Positions 33,837-44,058 of a stretch of 64,000 nt of DNA are shown piece by piece; the stretch's first letter is position 1, and each line of letters starts with the position of its first letter. The stretch comes from a virus. The stretch spans positions 1-64,000 of the IMG/VR virus record IMGVR_UViG_3300025096_000004, one strand, 5' to 3'. The notes beneath the pieces were generated by a model that had not been told where the DNA came from, ran no database searches, and saw only the letters and a list, made by a program, of their open reading frames with translations. The position numbers were made by a program, and so were the translations under genes.

Positions 33837-36110
33837 ATGATAAAAATAAAGATTAGGAAGAATCCTGTGTTGCAAGAAGCGATGAAACTTGAAGGCATGG
33901 GTTTGCCAGCAATTTTAATCACTTCGATCAAAGAAGATCTCACTAAAAGAGAAGATCAAGTCCGCCTCGCATTAATGCTCAAAGATGAACCAATAAGTTT
34001 GCGGGCAGCAATGAAGGCCTCCAAGCTATTTGATTGGAATGGGCACAACCCATGGGTGGGTAATTTTTATAAACAAATGGAAAAGAAATATCTCAATCAT
34101 GATATAGGCATGAAAGAGTTTAAAGGCTTTTACGATAAATATTCCAATTATTTTGTCAATCACAAAGCTGTTGCAATGAGTGGCGAATATTATTGGAAAA
34201 GCAAATTGCAAAACCCCGATCGGCCAAGCCCTTTTTGGGTCAGAAATGGTGTTGACTCGACAAGACCTTTAAAACTTAAAGATTTGAAAGGAATGAGAAA
34301 ATCTGTTGCCAAGTTTATTAAAAAAAATGATGAATTGTCAACTGAACATTATACCAAAAAATTCAATGATGAAATGGATGGAACTATTCTTGAATTCTAT
34401 AATGATAAAATTAGAGGAAGTGGGTCTGGATCAAAACTAATCGCCTTTTTGAAAGAACATCCAGACAACCAACAATCGCTTGCAGGTATGGGTTTAAAGG
34501 AAGCGGTGGAGTTTGCTGAAGGTTATTTTAATGAAAAAGAAGATCCTGACAACATTATTAAAGATTACGGTAATGGATTTTTCTGGTACAACATAGGAGA
34601 AGATAGTTGTAGTGTCGAAGCGGCTCGCATGGGTCATTGCGGCTCAGCGGATAGAGGGATTTTATTTTCCCTTCGGTCTAAGGGTCGGAAGCAAAAAATT
34701 TCCGATTCCCATATTACTATCTCGTTTGATGGAGGAGAGGTATTTCAAATCAAAGGAAAACAAAATTGTACACCTGATGAGAAGTATGGCAAGTATATTA
34801 TTGATTTTTTAAAATTTATGGAAGTAGAGGTTATTCATGAGTCAGGACAACATTCAAGTTGTGATTTTGGGCCATTTCTTGAATGGCTCCAAGAGAAGTA
34901 TCCCGAAGCAGAATATCCGGGAAATATGGAAGAAGAACTCATGCAAACCATCAATGCAATAAACAATGGTAATTACAACACAGAATATGTTGAGTTTTAT
35001 TCAGATTGGGTAGATGACCCTCATATAGGGAGGCCTCAAATTTATATTGATGCAGAAGCTTTCTTTCGTGTGGAACTGCCTTTTTTAAATGATTTGGATT
35101 GGGAATTTGTGGCAGATATTTATAACGATGAAGAGGAAAAGTTAAAAGAACTCATTGTTGAGGCGTGTGACTTTGAAGATTATGATGTATATTCTGATGC
35201 TATTGATATTCACCTCCGAGAGGGCGAGTTTTCCGATGAGGGGCTCATGTTGGATGTTAGACTTCGTCTTTCTCCAGATAATAACAATTACGCTGAAAGT
35301 CAGGAAGAGGCGGAAGGAAATATAAGAAACATCTATTATGGTTATGAAGGGGACAACATTGAAGACCATCAAAAGAAAATACAAACGGTTTTCATGCGAG
35401 AGTATGACGATGTTATTAACCCCGCCGGGCGGGAAGAATTCCAAGGTGTTTTGGAAAGAATCGAAGAATTAAAGCAACAATATAAATTTTTTGATGTATA
35501 CGTTGACGATGAGTCCGAAGAGATCTCAATGGAAGCAAAGATCCCGCTGCCAATTAGATTTAAATTTATTCAGAATGCGGGACGATACAGCAGAGATCAA
35601 ATTGGAAGAGCTATCAATACTTATTGGCAAGAGTTGGAAACCATATTCCCGACCAAAACAATTGCAAAAGATATAGAAAAAGCAATGGATGATAGACATG
35701 ACAAGATAAAGGCTGCTGCCGAAAAACAGGTTCAAATACCCTTTCCGGGATTTGAAGTTGAAAAACCTCACCAAGGGAAACTTAAAAAGCCATTTTCTTT
35801 TGAAATGGGAATTAAGAGACCAAGCACGGCTGCGCTGAGTGGTGCAATCAAAGGGGCAGAGTGGCTTGTTCCAAAGTTGGCAATGGGCATGATGATAAGT
35901 TGGCTAGATAATAAAGACACGATTTTATATGTTATGGAATATATCGACTTCCTTGAGGATGAGATAGAAAATATAATAAATGGTCTTCCTTTGGACAGAA
36001 TGCAGAGAGAAGTTAACGCGGCTCATAAAGAAGCAGTGAGTTCTCTTCCCAACTACACACAACTCTCCGAGAACAGAAAAAGAAGAAGAAAAATTAAAAT
36101 AATTAAATAA
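33837..36110 (+). CDS. Large protein with PcfJ-like domain, paralog B
   Basis: EAARMGHCGS..LFSLR..HITI..VFQIKGKQNC.P; MIKIKIRK..LQE leader. Confidence 0.65.
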   Translation: MIKIKIRKNPVLQEAMKLEGMGLPAILITSIKEDLTKREDQVRLALMLKDEPISLRAAMKASKLFDWNGHNPWVGNFYKQMEKKYLNHDIGMKEFKGFYDKYSNYFVNHKAVAMSGEYYWKSKLQNPDRPSPFWVRNGVDSTRPLKLKDLKGMRKSVAKFIKKNDELSTEHYTKKFNDEMDGTILEFYNDKIRGSGSGSKLIAFLKEHPDNQQSLAGMGLKEAVEFAEGYFNEKEDPDNIIKDYGNGFFWYNIGEDSCSVEAARMGHCGSADRGILFSLRSKGRKQKISDSHITISFDGGEVFQIKGKQNCTPDEKYGKYIIDFLKFMEVEVIHESGQHSSCDFGPFLEWLQEKYPEAEYPGNMEEELMQTINAINNGNYNTEYVEFYSDWVDDPHIGRPQIYIDAEAFFRVELPFLNDLDWEFVADIYNDEEEKLKELIVEACDFEDYDVYSDAIDIHLREGEFSDEGLMLDVRLRLSPDNNNYAESQEEAEGNIRNIYYGYEGDNIEDHQKKIQTVFMREYDDVINPAGREEFQGVLERIEELKQQYKFFDVYVDDESEEISMEAKIPLPIRFKFIQNAGRYSRDQIGRAINTYWQELETIFPTKTIAKDIEKAMDDRHDKIKAAAEKQVQIPFPGFEVEKPHQGKLKKPFSFEMGIKRPSTAALSGAIKGAEWLVPKLAMGMMISWLDNKDTILYVMEYIDFLEDEIENIINGLPLDRMQREVNAAHKEAVSSLPNYTQLSENRKRRRKIKIIK

Positions 36111-36151
36111 CAATTATTTTACCCATAGTTACTAATAGGGGGGGCTATGAG

Positions 36152-37150
36152 GTGTTTTATTTAATTTTCTTTTTATTGTCTTGTGTTAATGACCATATGA
36201 TTGCCTATAAGGTCGTTGAAACGGAGACTGAGACCGTTCATGCGCAGGACATTTACGTCTATATTGAGGGTGACACGATTGAAGACACGGCGTTTGATGG
36301 TGCGCCAATATGGGTTGACTCATTTACACAACCATCGTCGGTCAACGGTGTTGACATTCTATGGGTTATTGATCCTTCGGGTTCTATGAATTCCCACCAA
36401 AGCAGACTGTTGGCTGGGATTGATGTGATGATGCAAGCCTTGCCGCCAAATGGATGGAGGTTGGCAATCATTCCGGCAGACTATAGGTTTGCAGAACAAG
36501 AGCAACAGTTCCCGTTGGTTCCGGGCGACACATATCAAATGGCAGAGAATATGTACATCCAATCCAAGAAGGGAGCCTTCGAAGCTGGGTTTGATGCTGT
36601 CTACGGTTATACAATGAACAATTCTTATTCATCAACATGGATGAGACATGATGCTGCGTTATTAATAGTTTTTGTCTCCGACGAACCGGAACAAAGCAAT
36701 GTGTATCTGCCGGCGACCACTGATTTCATAATGTGGGCATCAGCTTATAGAGAGAATGTCTTTGTGGCCTCGATTGTTAATATCGATCCACCGGAGACAC
36801 TCTGTAACCACTCCGGAATAAACACTGGTACGAAATATATCGATGCTGCTAATCATTTTAATGGTCAAGTTGTTGATATCTGTTCTGTAGATTGGACTGC
36901 TGGTGTTAATGATGCATCAAACCAAGTAGAGCCCTATGAAGAGTGGCCGTTGACACACGAGCCAGCAGACCCTGCACATATATATGTATTTCATGATGGA
37001 GTTCCAGTACCGGACAGTGACGGGGTTGATGTTTATTGGCATTATGATCAGTCATCAAACTCCATAATTTTTGATAAAGTACCAAGTTCTCAGGTTTTGG
37101 TTGAAATTGCTTATTATTATGAAGAAGAGGATCAAGATACAGGAAGTTAA
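36152..37150 (+). CDS. vWA-domain lipoprotein
   Basis: FFLLSC lipobox; VDILWVIDPSGSM and LIVFVSDEPEQS. Confidence 0.75.
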   Translation: MFYLIFFLLSCVNDHMIAYKVVETETETVHAQDIYVYIEGDTIEDTAFDGAPIWVDSFTQPSSVNGVDILWVIDPSGSMNSHQSRLLAGIDVMMQALPPNGWRLAIIPADYRFAEQEQQFPLVPGDTYQMAENMYIQSKKGAFEAGFDAVYGYTMNNSYSSTWMRHDAALLIVFVSDEPEQSNVYLPATTDFIMWASAYRENVFVASIVNIDPPETLCNHSGINTGTKYIDAANHFNGQVVDICSVDWTAGVNDASNQVEPYEEWPLTHEPADPAHIYVFHDGVPVPDSDGVDVYWHYDQSSNSIIFDKVPSSQVLVEIAYYYEEEDQDTGS

Positions 37151-37172
37151 CTATTTATAGTTGAGGATCTGT

Positions 37173-38642
37173 ATGAAGGTTAAAATCAAAAGAAAGATGG
37201 ACGAGCTTTTTGCTCTTCCGGGTAAGCCCGGCAAACGAGTTGAAGAAGATGAAGAGTTCCCAGAATTAGTCCACAAGAAGGCCAACGAATGGGCTAGCGA
37301 GCCCGGAATGACACGCAAACAAGCTTATGGCAAGGCCATAGGTATGTATAAAAGCGGTGATCTTAAAGAAGTCTTTCCTCATGGTGGGTTGCCATATGGC
37401 GCAGCGAGAAAACAAAATGGTGAAAAAGAACATGCAGGTCATGTCGAGAGATCGTGTCATCAAGGGCTTCGAAATGTAATGAATGAAGAAGACAATCCCC
37501 ACATTCAGGCAATCCAAGATATAGGTTTTAGCAATATAGAATATATTAGTAAAGGGCTATATGGGTCGGTTTACCGAGGAACTTGGGATAATCACGATGG
37601 CGTTGAACATGCAATCAAAGTCCTCCCTGCAAACGGAGATGGGAGACACGAAGCCAAAGTTTATAGAACTATTTCCGATATGAGGTCAAAAGTAAAGTCA
37701 ATTGCCAAACATTTTCCGAGAGTAGACATGGTTCGGATGGATCAAAAGAGAAATTTAATCTTAATCGTCATGGAGCTTCTTGAAAATGATCCAAATGCTA
37801 AAGGAGTTATTCAAGATATATTTGGAGGAACAGAAGTTGCAGTCTGGAGGCCAGATCTGGCTCTTCAAGATCTAGATATACACAAGAATATCGGACACAG
37901 AGCGGACATGATGATAACAGATCCGAAGACCAAAGAGTTCGTTGTAAACAAATTGATACAAACTGTGCCGGCTGGTAAAGGATATGTCAAAGATGCCTTA
38001 ATGAGGGCTAATTTTCGAGGAATGAAATTTCCAAAATTAAAATGGCAAAATGCGATAGGAAAAATGAAACAGAACGCTCAAGTTTTTGATTTAGTTGATG
38101 TTATTTGGGATGATATGAAGACCCGAGATTTGGGACCATCGAAGGAAAGTTCCGGGAAAACATCAATTGCATTTTTAGCTTATTTTCTCAATGCTGCTGT
38201 TGAAGCATGGGAAAAAGATTTTGATGTTGAAAAAATGGGTTATGATGCACTATTTGATGAACTTTATCTTTCTTTAGAAGATTTTATACATATGTATCGT
38301 TCTTGGACACCAATTGGTATATCGCCAGACGGCTCCACCGACATGATGAAGGGTGCGCCTCCAGAGATAAAAGGAGCGGGATACCCCGGAACAGAAAGTC
38401 TTTTAAAGGCCATTAAGGCTGTTCGGGCAACAACGGGTCTTGGAGCATACGATATGCATGACGACAATGTCTTGGTCCGGCCGGGGACAAAAGATTTGGT
38501 TATAGTTGATGTCGGACTGTTCAGAGAGAAGTCCGCAAGAATAAAAAGCCCAGATAAACAGGTGACAGCACTTGGCGAGGTCAACAAAAAAGACTTTTTG
38601 AGAGTTATTATACAAGAAATACAAAAATTTAACTTGACATAA
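37173..38642 (+). CDS. Protein-kinase-like protein
   Basis: KGLYGSVY, HAIKV, E of helix C, IVMELL, DMHDDNVL, IVDVGL. Confidence 0.75.
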   Translation: MKVKIKRKMDELFALPGKPGKRVEEDEEFPELVHKKANEWASEPGMTRKQAYGKAIGMYKSGDLKEVFPHGGLPYGAARKQNGEKEHAGHVERSCHQGLRNVMNEEDNPHIQAIQDIGFSNIEYISKGLYGSVYRGTWDNHDGVEHAIKVLPANGDGRHEAKVYRTISDMRSKVKSIAKHFPRVDMVRMDQKRNLILIVMELLENDPNAKGVIQDIFGGTEVAVWRPDLALQDLDIHKNIGHRADMMITDPKTKEFVVNKLIQTVPAGKGYVKDALMRANFRGMKFPKLKWQNAIGKMKQNAQVFDLVDVIWDDMKTRDLGPSKESSGKTSIAFLAYFLNAAVEAWEKDFDVEKMGYDALFDELYLSLEDFIHMYRSWTPIGISPDGSTDMMKGAPPEIKGAGYPGTESLLKAIKAVRATTGLGAYDMHDDNVLVRPGTKDLVIVDVGLFREKSARIKSPDKQVTALGEVNKKDFLRVIIQEIQKFNLT

Positions 38643-38662
38643 CAATCGCAATATGTTATATT
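38634..38662 (+). promoter_or_regulatory. sigma70-like promoter without box
   Basis: TTGACA-17-TATATT. Confidence 0.75.
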
Positions 38663-38681
38663 ATTATAGGATTATCTTAAA

Positions 38682-39386
38682 ATGAAGCAGTTAATGGAAA
38701 ATTGGAGACAATATCTCGAAGAAGATCAACTTGAAGAAAAACTATCCCTCAAAAAAGGTAAAATGGGTTGGTGGAAGTACTCAGAACTTGTTGCGGAGGC
38801 CTATATGACTGCTCCAGCATATGATTCTGCTGTTGAACCCCTTTATGAGAAGCTTGGATTGTGGCTTGAAGGTACTTTTGGTCGAATTTCAAGTCAACTT
38901 GAGATCAAATTTGTCCCAGAACACCCCTACACCTCCGCCAAAGAGATGAGACAACGCGTAAATAAAGAAAAAATCATGTATGTTTCGACTTCAGACGCAG
39001 AACATCCGGTGTGGACAGGCGAAAAAGGCCTAATTTGGAACACCATGTTTCGTGCTTGGCACGATTGGGAAGGCCACATAGCCAAAGGAAGAGGTTTCAG
39101 GCTCCAAGGGGAAATAGCAGCTTACAATGCACACGCAAAAACAGTACCAAGAGCGTGTATTCCCATACTCTTTACCGAAGTGGTGGGCCAAATCTGTTGT
39201 TTTTATCAATCAGGTAAGCAAAATTGCGAACAAAAAGCTATAATTATGCCAGAATTCGATTATATTAACGTTGGAAATCTAACTTCGGAGGGCGAATCAA
39301 GGTTTGGAATGAGATTAAACTCACAAACGAAGCTTCTGGAGCCAATCAATGATTCGATTGGCGCGGAAATCGATAAAAATGAGTAA
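38682..39386 (+). CDS. Hypothetical protein with FRAWHD..GH..GE motif
   Basis: MKQLMENWRQYLEE leader; His/Asp/Glu cluster. Confidence 0.65.
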   Translation: MKQLMENWRQYLEEDQLEEKLSLKKGKMGWWKYSELVAEAYMTAPAYDSAVEPLYEKLGLWLEGTFGRISSQLEIKFVPEHPYTSAKEMRQRVNKEKIMYVSTSDAEHPVWTGEKGLIWNTMFRAWHDWEGHIAKGRGFRLQGEIAAYNAHAKTVPRACIPILFTEVVGQICCFYQSGKQNCEQKAIIMPEFDYINVGNLTSEGESRFGMRLNSQTKLLEPINDSIGAEIDKNE

Positions 39387-40581
39387 TACCGTAACATTTG
39401 ACTTTGATAATACCATTGTAATGTCCTACATGGACATTGAAAGTGATGATTTAAAGTATAAATTCCAAGGTTACAACAAAGAAATGATAAAAATTCTTAT
39501 GTCTCACATCCAAAAAGGAGATGATGTACACATTGTCACGTCAAGACATGAAGAAAAAGAAGGAATGTTCCCCGAAGATACAGTTCAAAAACATCTTGAA
39601 GGCCTAAATTTGGCAAGATTCTTCTGGCCTGATAAGGTTCATTATACAAATGGCAAATATAAGACCGAAATATTAAATAAATTGGGTTCAACTTTGCACT
39701 ATGACGACGATATGGAGGAACATATCAACAATCATGGTGGCATTTCAGTCAAAAACCCACTTGATTTCTATCCAGACTCCCATATTGTGGGTAAAGCGGT
39801 CATTTTTGACATGAATGATCGGCTTTTATTGCTCAAAAGGGGCGATACAGGCAAAAAATGGGACCTTCCCGGAGGACACATCAAAGAAATTGAGGCTCAA
39901 AGGGGTGAGCAAGGCTTTTTAGATGGCCTTGAGAGGGAAGTCGCCGAAGAAACAGGCATTATTTTGCCATTTGCGGACAAAATTGGTGACCAAGCATTCG
40001 AATTTAAGGGCAATAAGTCACATGTACACGTATACATGGTCAAAATGAAGCAATCTCAACCCAATATTAACCTTGATATGCAGGATTTTCGCGAAAATGA
40101 GGAGTTTCGGTGGGTTTCGATGGACGAAATCGATCATTATCTGTCAAATTCGACCCAAGTGCTCCAAAAAGCCATTGAATTCGCCAAAAACAGGGGTTTA
40201 TTAACCGAAAAAGAGGCTTGGTACCTCCGAAGACGTCGGAAAGACGTTAAAAATCGCAAAAAACTCATTGGAATGGGCGGAAACAAACACACAGGCGGCG
40301 GAAAAGGACACAAAAGGCCCAAAATGGGGTCTCCAAAGAGCGCTCCTGCTGCTGTTGGGGTCCTAGAAGAGGAAAATGAGACAAAAATGAAGAAAATTAA
40401 GGTAAGAATCAAGCCAAAACAATCGAATATAGAGGAAAAAAGACGGAAAAGACGGAAAAAACACAAAAAAACATCTAAAAGACGTCGAAATAAGGGGTCA
40501 AATTGGCCCTATATTGGCAGTTATATCCATGATTTTGGTGATTCTGGTGGCGATGCGGGTGATGGCGGCGGTGGAGAATAG
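39379..40581 (+). CDS. HAD-like phosphatase plus Nudix hydrolase fusion with basic tail
   Basis: FDFDNTI, VTSR, YDDD; Nudix box-like PGG....E......LEREVAEETG. Confidence 0.75.
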   Translation: MSNTVTFDFDNTIVMSYMDIESDDLKYKFQGYNKEMIKILMSHIQKGDDVHIVTSRHEEKEGMFPEDTVQKHLEGLNLARFFWPDKVHYTNGKYKTEILNKLGSTLHYDDDMEEHINNHGGISVKNPLDFYPDSHIVGKAVIFDMNDRLLLLKRGDTGKKWDLPGGHIKEIEAQRGEQGFLDGLEREVAEETGIILPFADKIGDQAFEFKGNKSHVHVYMVKMKQSQPNINLDMQDFRENEEFRWVSMDEIDHYLSNSTQVLQKAIEFAKNRGLLTEKEAWYLRRRRKDVKNRKKLIGMGGNKHTGGGKGHKRPKMGSPKSAPAAVGVLEEENETKMKKIKVRIKPKQSNIEEKRRKRRKKHKKTSKRRRNKGSNWPYIGSYIHDFGDSGGDAGDGGGGE

Positions 40582-40623
40582 TGTTTTATTAGCGCTAGTT
40601 ATAACACATGGAGTATCTAGCGT

Positions 40624-40902
40624 ATGGATTTCGTTAAATTAGCACAAAAAATAGCAAATTTATTAAAAAAAGGCGAAAAAAATAACCTTGATGCCGTGAT
40701 GATCGAAGGAGAGGGGGCAGGATATTACTATAACCTTTCAACAATGCAGTTTTGCCTAATACAAAGAAAATCTGAAATGTATTTTTTGCCGCTGGAGCCC
40801 GATGAGATGGGAAATTTTTATATTTTCTTGCCCTATACTTTTTCTCAAGGGGCTATAATATTAGTACCGATCGAAGAGGTTGATTTTATAGGGTCGAATT
40901 GA
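40624..40902 (+). CDS. Hypothetical protein
   Basis: Clean 92-aa ORF. Confidence 0.55.
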   Translation: MDFVKLAQKIANLLKKGEKNNLDAVMIEGEGAGYYYNLSTMQFCLIQRKSEMYFLPLEPDEMGNFYIFLPYTFSQGAIILVPIEEVDFIGSN

Positions 40903-41048
40903 GGACATATGAACGAAAATTTATTGATAAATTTAGCCAGTCAAGTTATTTTTTTACTAATGTGGCTCTTATTATACATTATTTTAGATTTTGAGACCAC
41001 CGTTGTTTTGATATTACTATTTATTTTAACCAGAATGAGGAAATAAAA

Positions 41049-41357
41049 ATGAAAATTGATAAAAAAAGACTTGTTCAGATAATTGAAGAAGAAATGGATA
41101 TGATGAACAAACACCATCATCGAGGCGAACATATGACAGATCCCGATAAAGAGGGTAAAATGGCTATGTCACAGCTTAAAAATATAGCTGAGTATGCCAT
41201 GGAACTACATCAAATGCTTGAGCCATATGGTGATAACCTTCAGCTTGAGTCTTGGGTACAGTCAAAAATCACTTTAGCAAATGATTATATGTCAAAAGTT
41301 AAACACTTTCTTGAAAACGAATTAAATGTTGGACCTTCTATCGGAGGAGAAAAATAA
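41049..41357 (+). CDS. Hypothetical protein with MKIDKKRLVQIIEEE leader
   Basis: Shared leader; LESWVQSKIT.A.DY motif. Confidence 0.7.
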   Translation: MKIDKKRLVQIIEEEMDMMNKHHHRGEHMTDPDKEGKMAMSQLKNIAEYAMELHQMLEPYGDNLQLESWVQSKITLANDYMSKVKHFLENELNVGPSIGGEK

Positions 41358-41358
41358 A

Positions 41359-41697
41359 TTGTTTACTGTTGATCATATAGCTATTAGGGTTTCAGATTTA
41401 GATCGAGCCCAAGAGTGGTATGAAGAAAATTTAGGAGCAGTACTTCAATTTAAAGACCGTTTTTACCGAAGAATGTCCCTAAATAACACAACTTTAGCAC
41501 TCATAGATGAAAACCGGTACCCAAGTAACCATATAGGCGTATTGGTCGAGAACATTGCGAATTTGCCAGATGTTGGGACAAGGGTTGAACATCGAGATGG
41601 AACTATCGGAGTCTATGTGGAAGACCCATTCGGAAACGTGGTTGAATATATATGGTATTCGTCCGGGGCCATTCAAAAATTTACAAAGGAAAATTAA
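41359..41697 (+). CDS. VOC / glyoxalase-family protein
   Basis: DHIAIRVSDLDRA..WY...LG, HIGVLV, YVEDPFGNVVE; probable TTG start. Confidence 0.8.
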   Translation: MFTVDHIAIRVSDLDRAQEWYEENLGAVLQFKDRFYRRMSLNNTTLALIDENRYPSNHIGVLVENIANLPDVGTRVEHRDGTIGVYVEDPFGNVVEYIWYSSGAIQKFTKEN

Positions 41698-41698
41698 A

Positions 41699-41980
41699 AT
41701 GAAATATAAAGAAATATATGGAGATGTTAGTGATGGCGCGTTGAATATGATTGATAGAAATATGAGAAAAGTTAATGATAATTATTGGAAATTAGGGAAA
41801 GGACATTTTCCAAGAACGATGAAGGCATCATATGTCAATATTATGATGATTTGCCCCGACACCGGGGATAAAAAGAAACATATTATGGGACCTTACTCTA
41901 AAAAAATAGCAGAATCTATCATGACTGATTATCTTAAGCAGGGACAGTGCTGTTGGGTTGAAGAAGATTATATCCGATAA
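41699..41980 (+). CDS. Hypothetical protein
   Basis: ORF in an operon. Confidence 0.5.
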   Translation: MKYKEIYGDVSDGALNMIDRNMRKVNDNYWKLGKGHFPRTMKASYVNIMMICPDTGDKKKHIMGPYSKKIAESIMTDYLKQGQCCWVEEDYIR

Positions 41981-42215
41981 GCCATTTGGTGCCAGCGCAT
42001 TAAAAAAAGTTAGTATTGGTGACTTGGTAGAATGGGCTTCGCTTGAAGTAGACGAAAACAATAAATGGTTTGAAAAAAAGTCTCAAGGAATACTAACTGA
42101 TATAACTATCGAATATATTGGCGGAAGAAATGTTTATTTTGGTACAGTTGTACCAGTAAAAAATCAAATTAGTTGTAATGTCTTTCTATACTTGTTAGAG
42201 AAAGTAACTATTTAA
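41958..42215 (+). CDS. Hypothetical SH3-like protein (SIGDLVEW)
   Basis: IGDLV and GIL strands. Confidence 0.5.
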   Translation: MKKIISDKPFGASALKKVSIGDLVEWASLEVDENNKWFEKKSQGILTDITIEYIGGRNVYFGTVVPVKNQISCNVFLYLLEKVTI

Positions 42216-42219
42216 TAGT

Positions 42220-43005
42220 ATGAAATATATTATTAATGCTAAAGATTATTCCAATGAAGTAAAGGGTTTAACAAATTTTGCTCGAAAAAGATTCGGCTTT
42301 TCTCAACAACCCAAGATCTTATTTGATGATGATGTCCCGAATAGTCACAAAACCTTGGGAAAAACAGGGCATTATGATCCGGGCAGCATGCAGATACATA
42401 TATATGCCACTGGGCGACACATTAAAGATATTTTAAGATCTTTGGCACACGAACTGGTTCACCATATGCAAAATGAAAATGGTGAACTTTCCCATGATGG
42501 GTATATGGGACAAGGATATGCACAAAAAAACCCTCACATGAGGGAAATGGAAAAACAAGCATATGAAATGGGTAACCTCTGTTTTAGAGATTGGGAAGAT
42601 AGCTTAAAACAAAAACACCCAACTATTTATAATGAAAGGAGAAATCATCAAATGTCACTAAAAGATTGGAAAAATAAAGAGTTAAACGAAAACCTCAATG
42701 AAAAATGGGGATTTAAAATGAAACTCAATGAAATGGGGATGCACCCCGGAGCCCAACAGGGAAGTATAGAACGAATGAATAGTATCTATGGTGCTGAACC
42801 ACCTCTGGCTCCGGAAGAATACATAGATCCAGAAGAATGTGAAGCCGTCGATCCAGTTTCTGGGGAATGTCTTGACCCTCCAGAAGAATCACCCTGTGCA
42901 ATGGCACAGCAGGAAAATCCATCCCCAATGGGATCGGAAATGCCAAGAGACGTACCATTTCAAGAGTCTCTCAATAGGAAAATCCGAGTTAAAATTAAAA
43001 AATGA
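42220..43005 (+). CDS. Zincin-like metallopeptidase-domain protein
   Basis: LAHELVHHMQ and EMEKQAY. Confidence 0.7.
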   Translation: MKYIINAKDYSNEVKGLTNFARKRFGFSQQPKILFDDDVPNSHKTLGKTGHYDPGSMQIHIYATGRHIKDILRSLAHELVHHMQNENGELSHDGYMGQGYAQKNPHMREMEKQAYEMGNLCFRDWEDSLKQKHPTIYNERRNHQMSLKDWKNKELNENLNEKWGFKMKLNEMGMHPGAQQGSIERMNSIYGAEPPLAPEEYIDPEECEAVDPVSGECLDPPEESPCAMAQQENPSPMGSEMPRDVPFQESLNRKIRVKIKK

Positions 43006-44051
43006 AATTTGAAAAATTAAATCAATTTATTATTGAAGCAGTTCAAAATTACAATGAGGACGAAGTCATTGAAATTAAATCCTTTAAGGATCTTATGGAA
43101 GTCTCTGGTGTAAGTGGGCTTGCTGGATATGCAGGAATTCCATTTGGTAAAAAAAATGAAATCGAAGAGTTTAACAAAAAAGAAGAATTAAGACAACGTC
43201 TTAAAGGAAAAAAAATATCTGAAGGAGCAAATAACATGATTAAGAGAGAAAATATCCTCATTGAAAGAAGAATTCGACAGTATATCAGAACCAAAATTAA
43301 AAACCTAATGCATGAACAAAAAAAGGCGGAGATGCAAGAAGAAATGCAATTACGCCATGTTATTCGTCATTTGATCAAAGAAGGTGATATCTCTGATATT
43401 CATCCTCACCGATCTACTGGTATTAATATCTTGGAAGACCTTCTTAAAAAAATGATTCCAACTCTTCGGACTGATTTCAAACGATTAACAACAGATAAAT
43501 CTCAAAGGGATTCTTTCCGGGCTCATTTGGTTAAAGCTATCAAAGACTCACTTATGCCAATGATGGTAAATGATAAATATCGACCTGAAGACGAAGAACC
43601 TGCTGCTCCGGTGGCTGAACCGGGCGCACTATTAAGTGAACCTCCTGCTGATGTAGGTGCAGGTGAAGACGAAGAGGTTTTGGCCAATTTAGAAGAAATG
43701 GTGATGGCTGAACTTGGGGATCTGACGGAAATAGATATTGAAGTGCAGGACGGCGATGAAGAAAAAAAGGTTCCTGTCGAAGATGACGATACTCCTTCAG
43801 ATGAAGAAGCCTTTGGGACGGGCCTCGAAGGCTTGGATGAAACGGGGAGGAATATGGCTTTTACCTGTTTTAAAAAGGTTAGTCAATACATCCTTGATGC
43901 CTACGATTCGTTGGCCAATCCCAAAGACAAAGAAATCTTCATCGATTATTTGGTCACCAATGTTAAATTGTATTTTGATAAGTTCGAAGACGAGCTTGCA
44001 AAATCTGTTGATGAACCAACAACAAGTCAATATGATGATGCCATTGCTTGA
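43002..44051 (+). CDS. Acidic hypothetical protein (possible head/prohead-associated)
   Basis: E-rich with many I/L-x-E sites. Confidence 0.65.
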   Translation: MKFEKLNQFIIEAVQNYNEDEVIEIKSFKDLMEVSGVSGLAGYAGIPFGKKNEIEEFNKKEELRQRLKGKKISEGANNMIKRENILIERRIRQYIRTKIKNLMHEQKKAEMQEEMQLRHVIRHLIKEGDISDIHPHRSTGINILEDLLKKMIPTLRTDFKRLTTDKSQRDSFRAHLVKAIKDSLMPMMVNDKYRPEDEEPAAPVAEPGALLSEPPADVGAGEDEEVLANLEEMVMAELGDLTEIDIEVQDGDEEKKVPVEDDDTPSDEEAFGTGLEGLDETGRNMAFTCFKKVSQYILDAYDSLANPKDKEIFIDYLVTNVKLYFDKFEDELAKSVDEPTTSQYDDAIA

Positions 44052-44058
44052 TATATAT

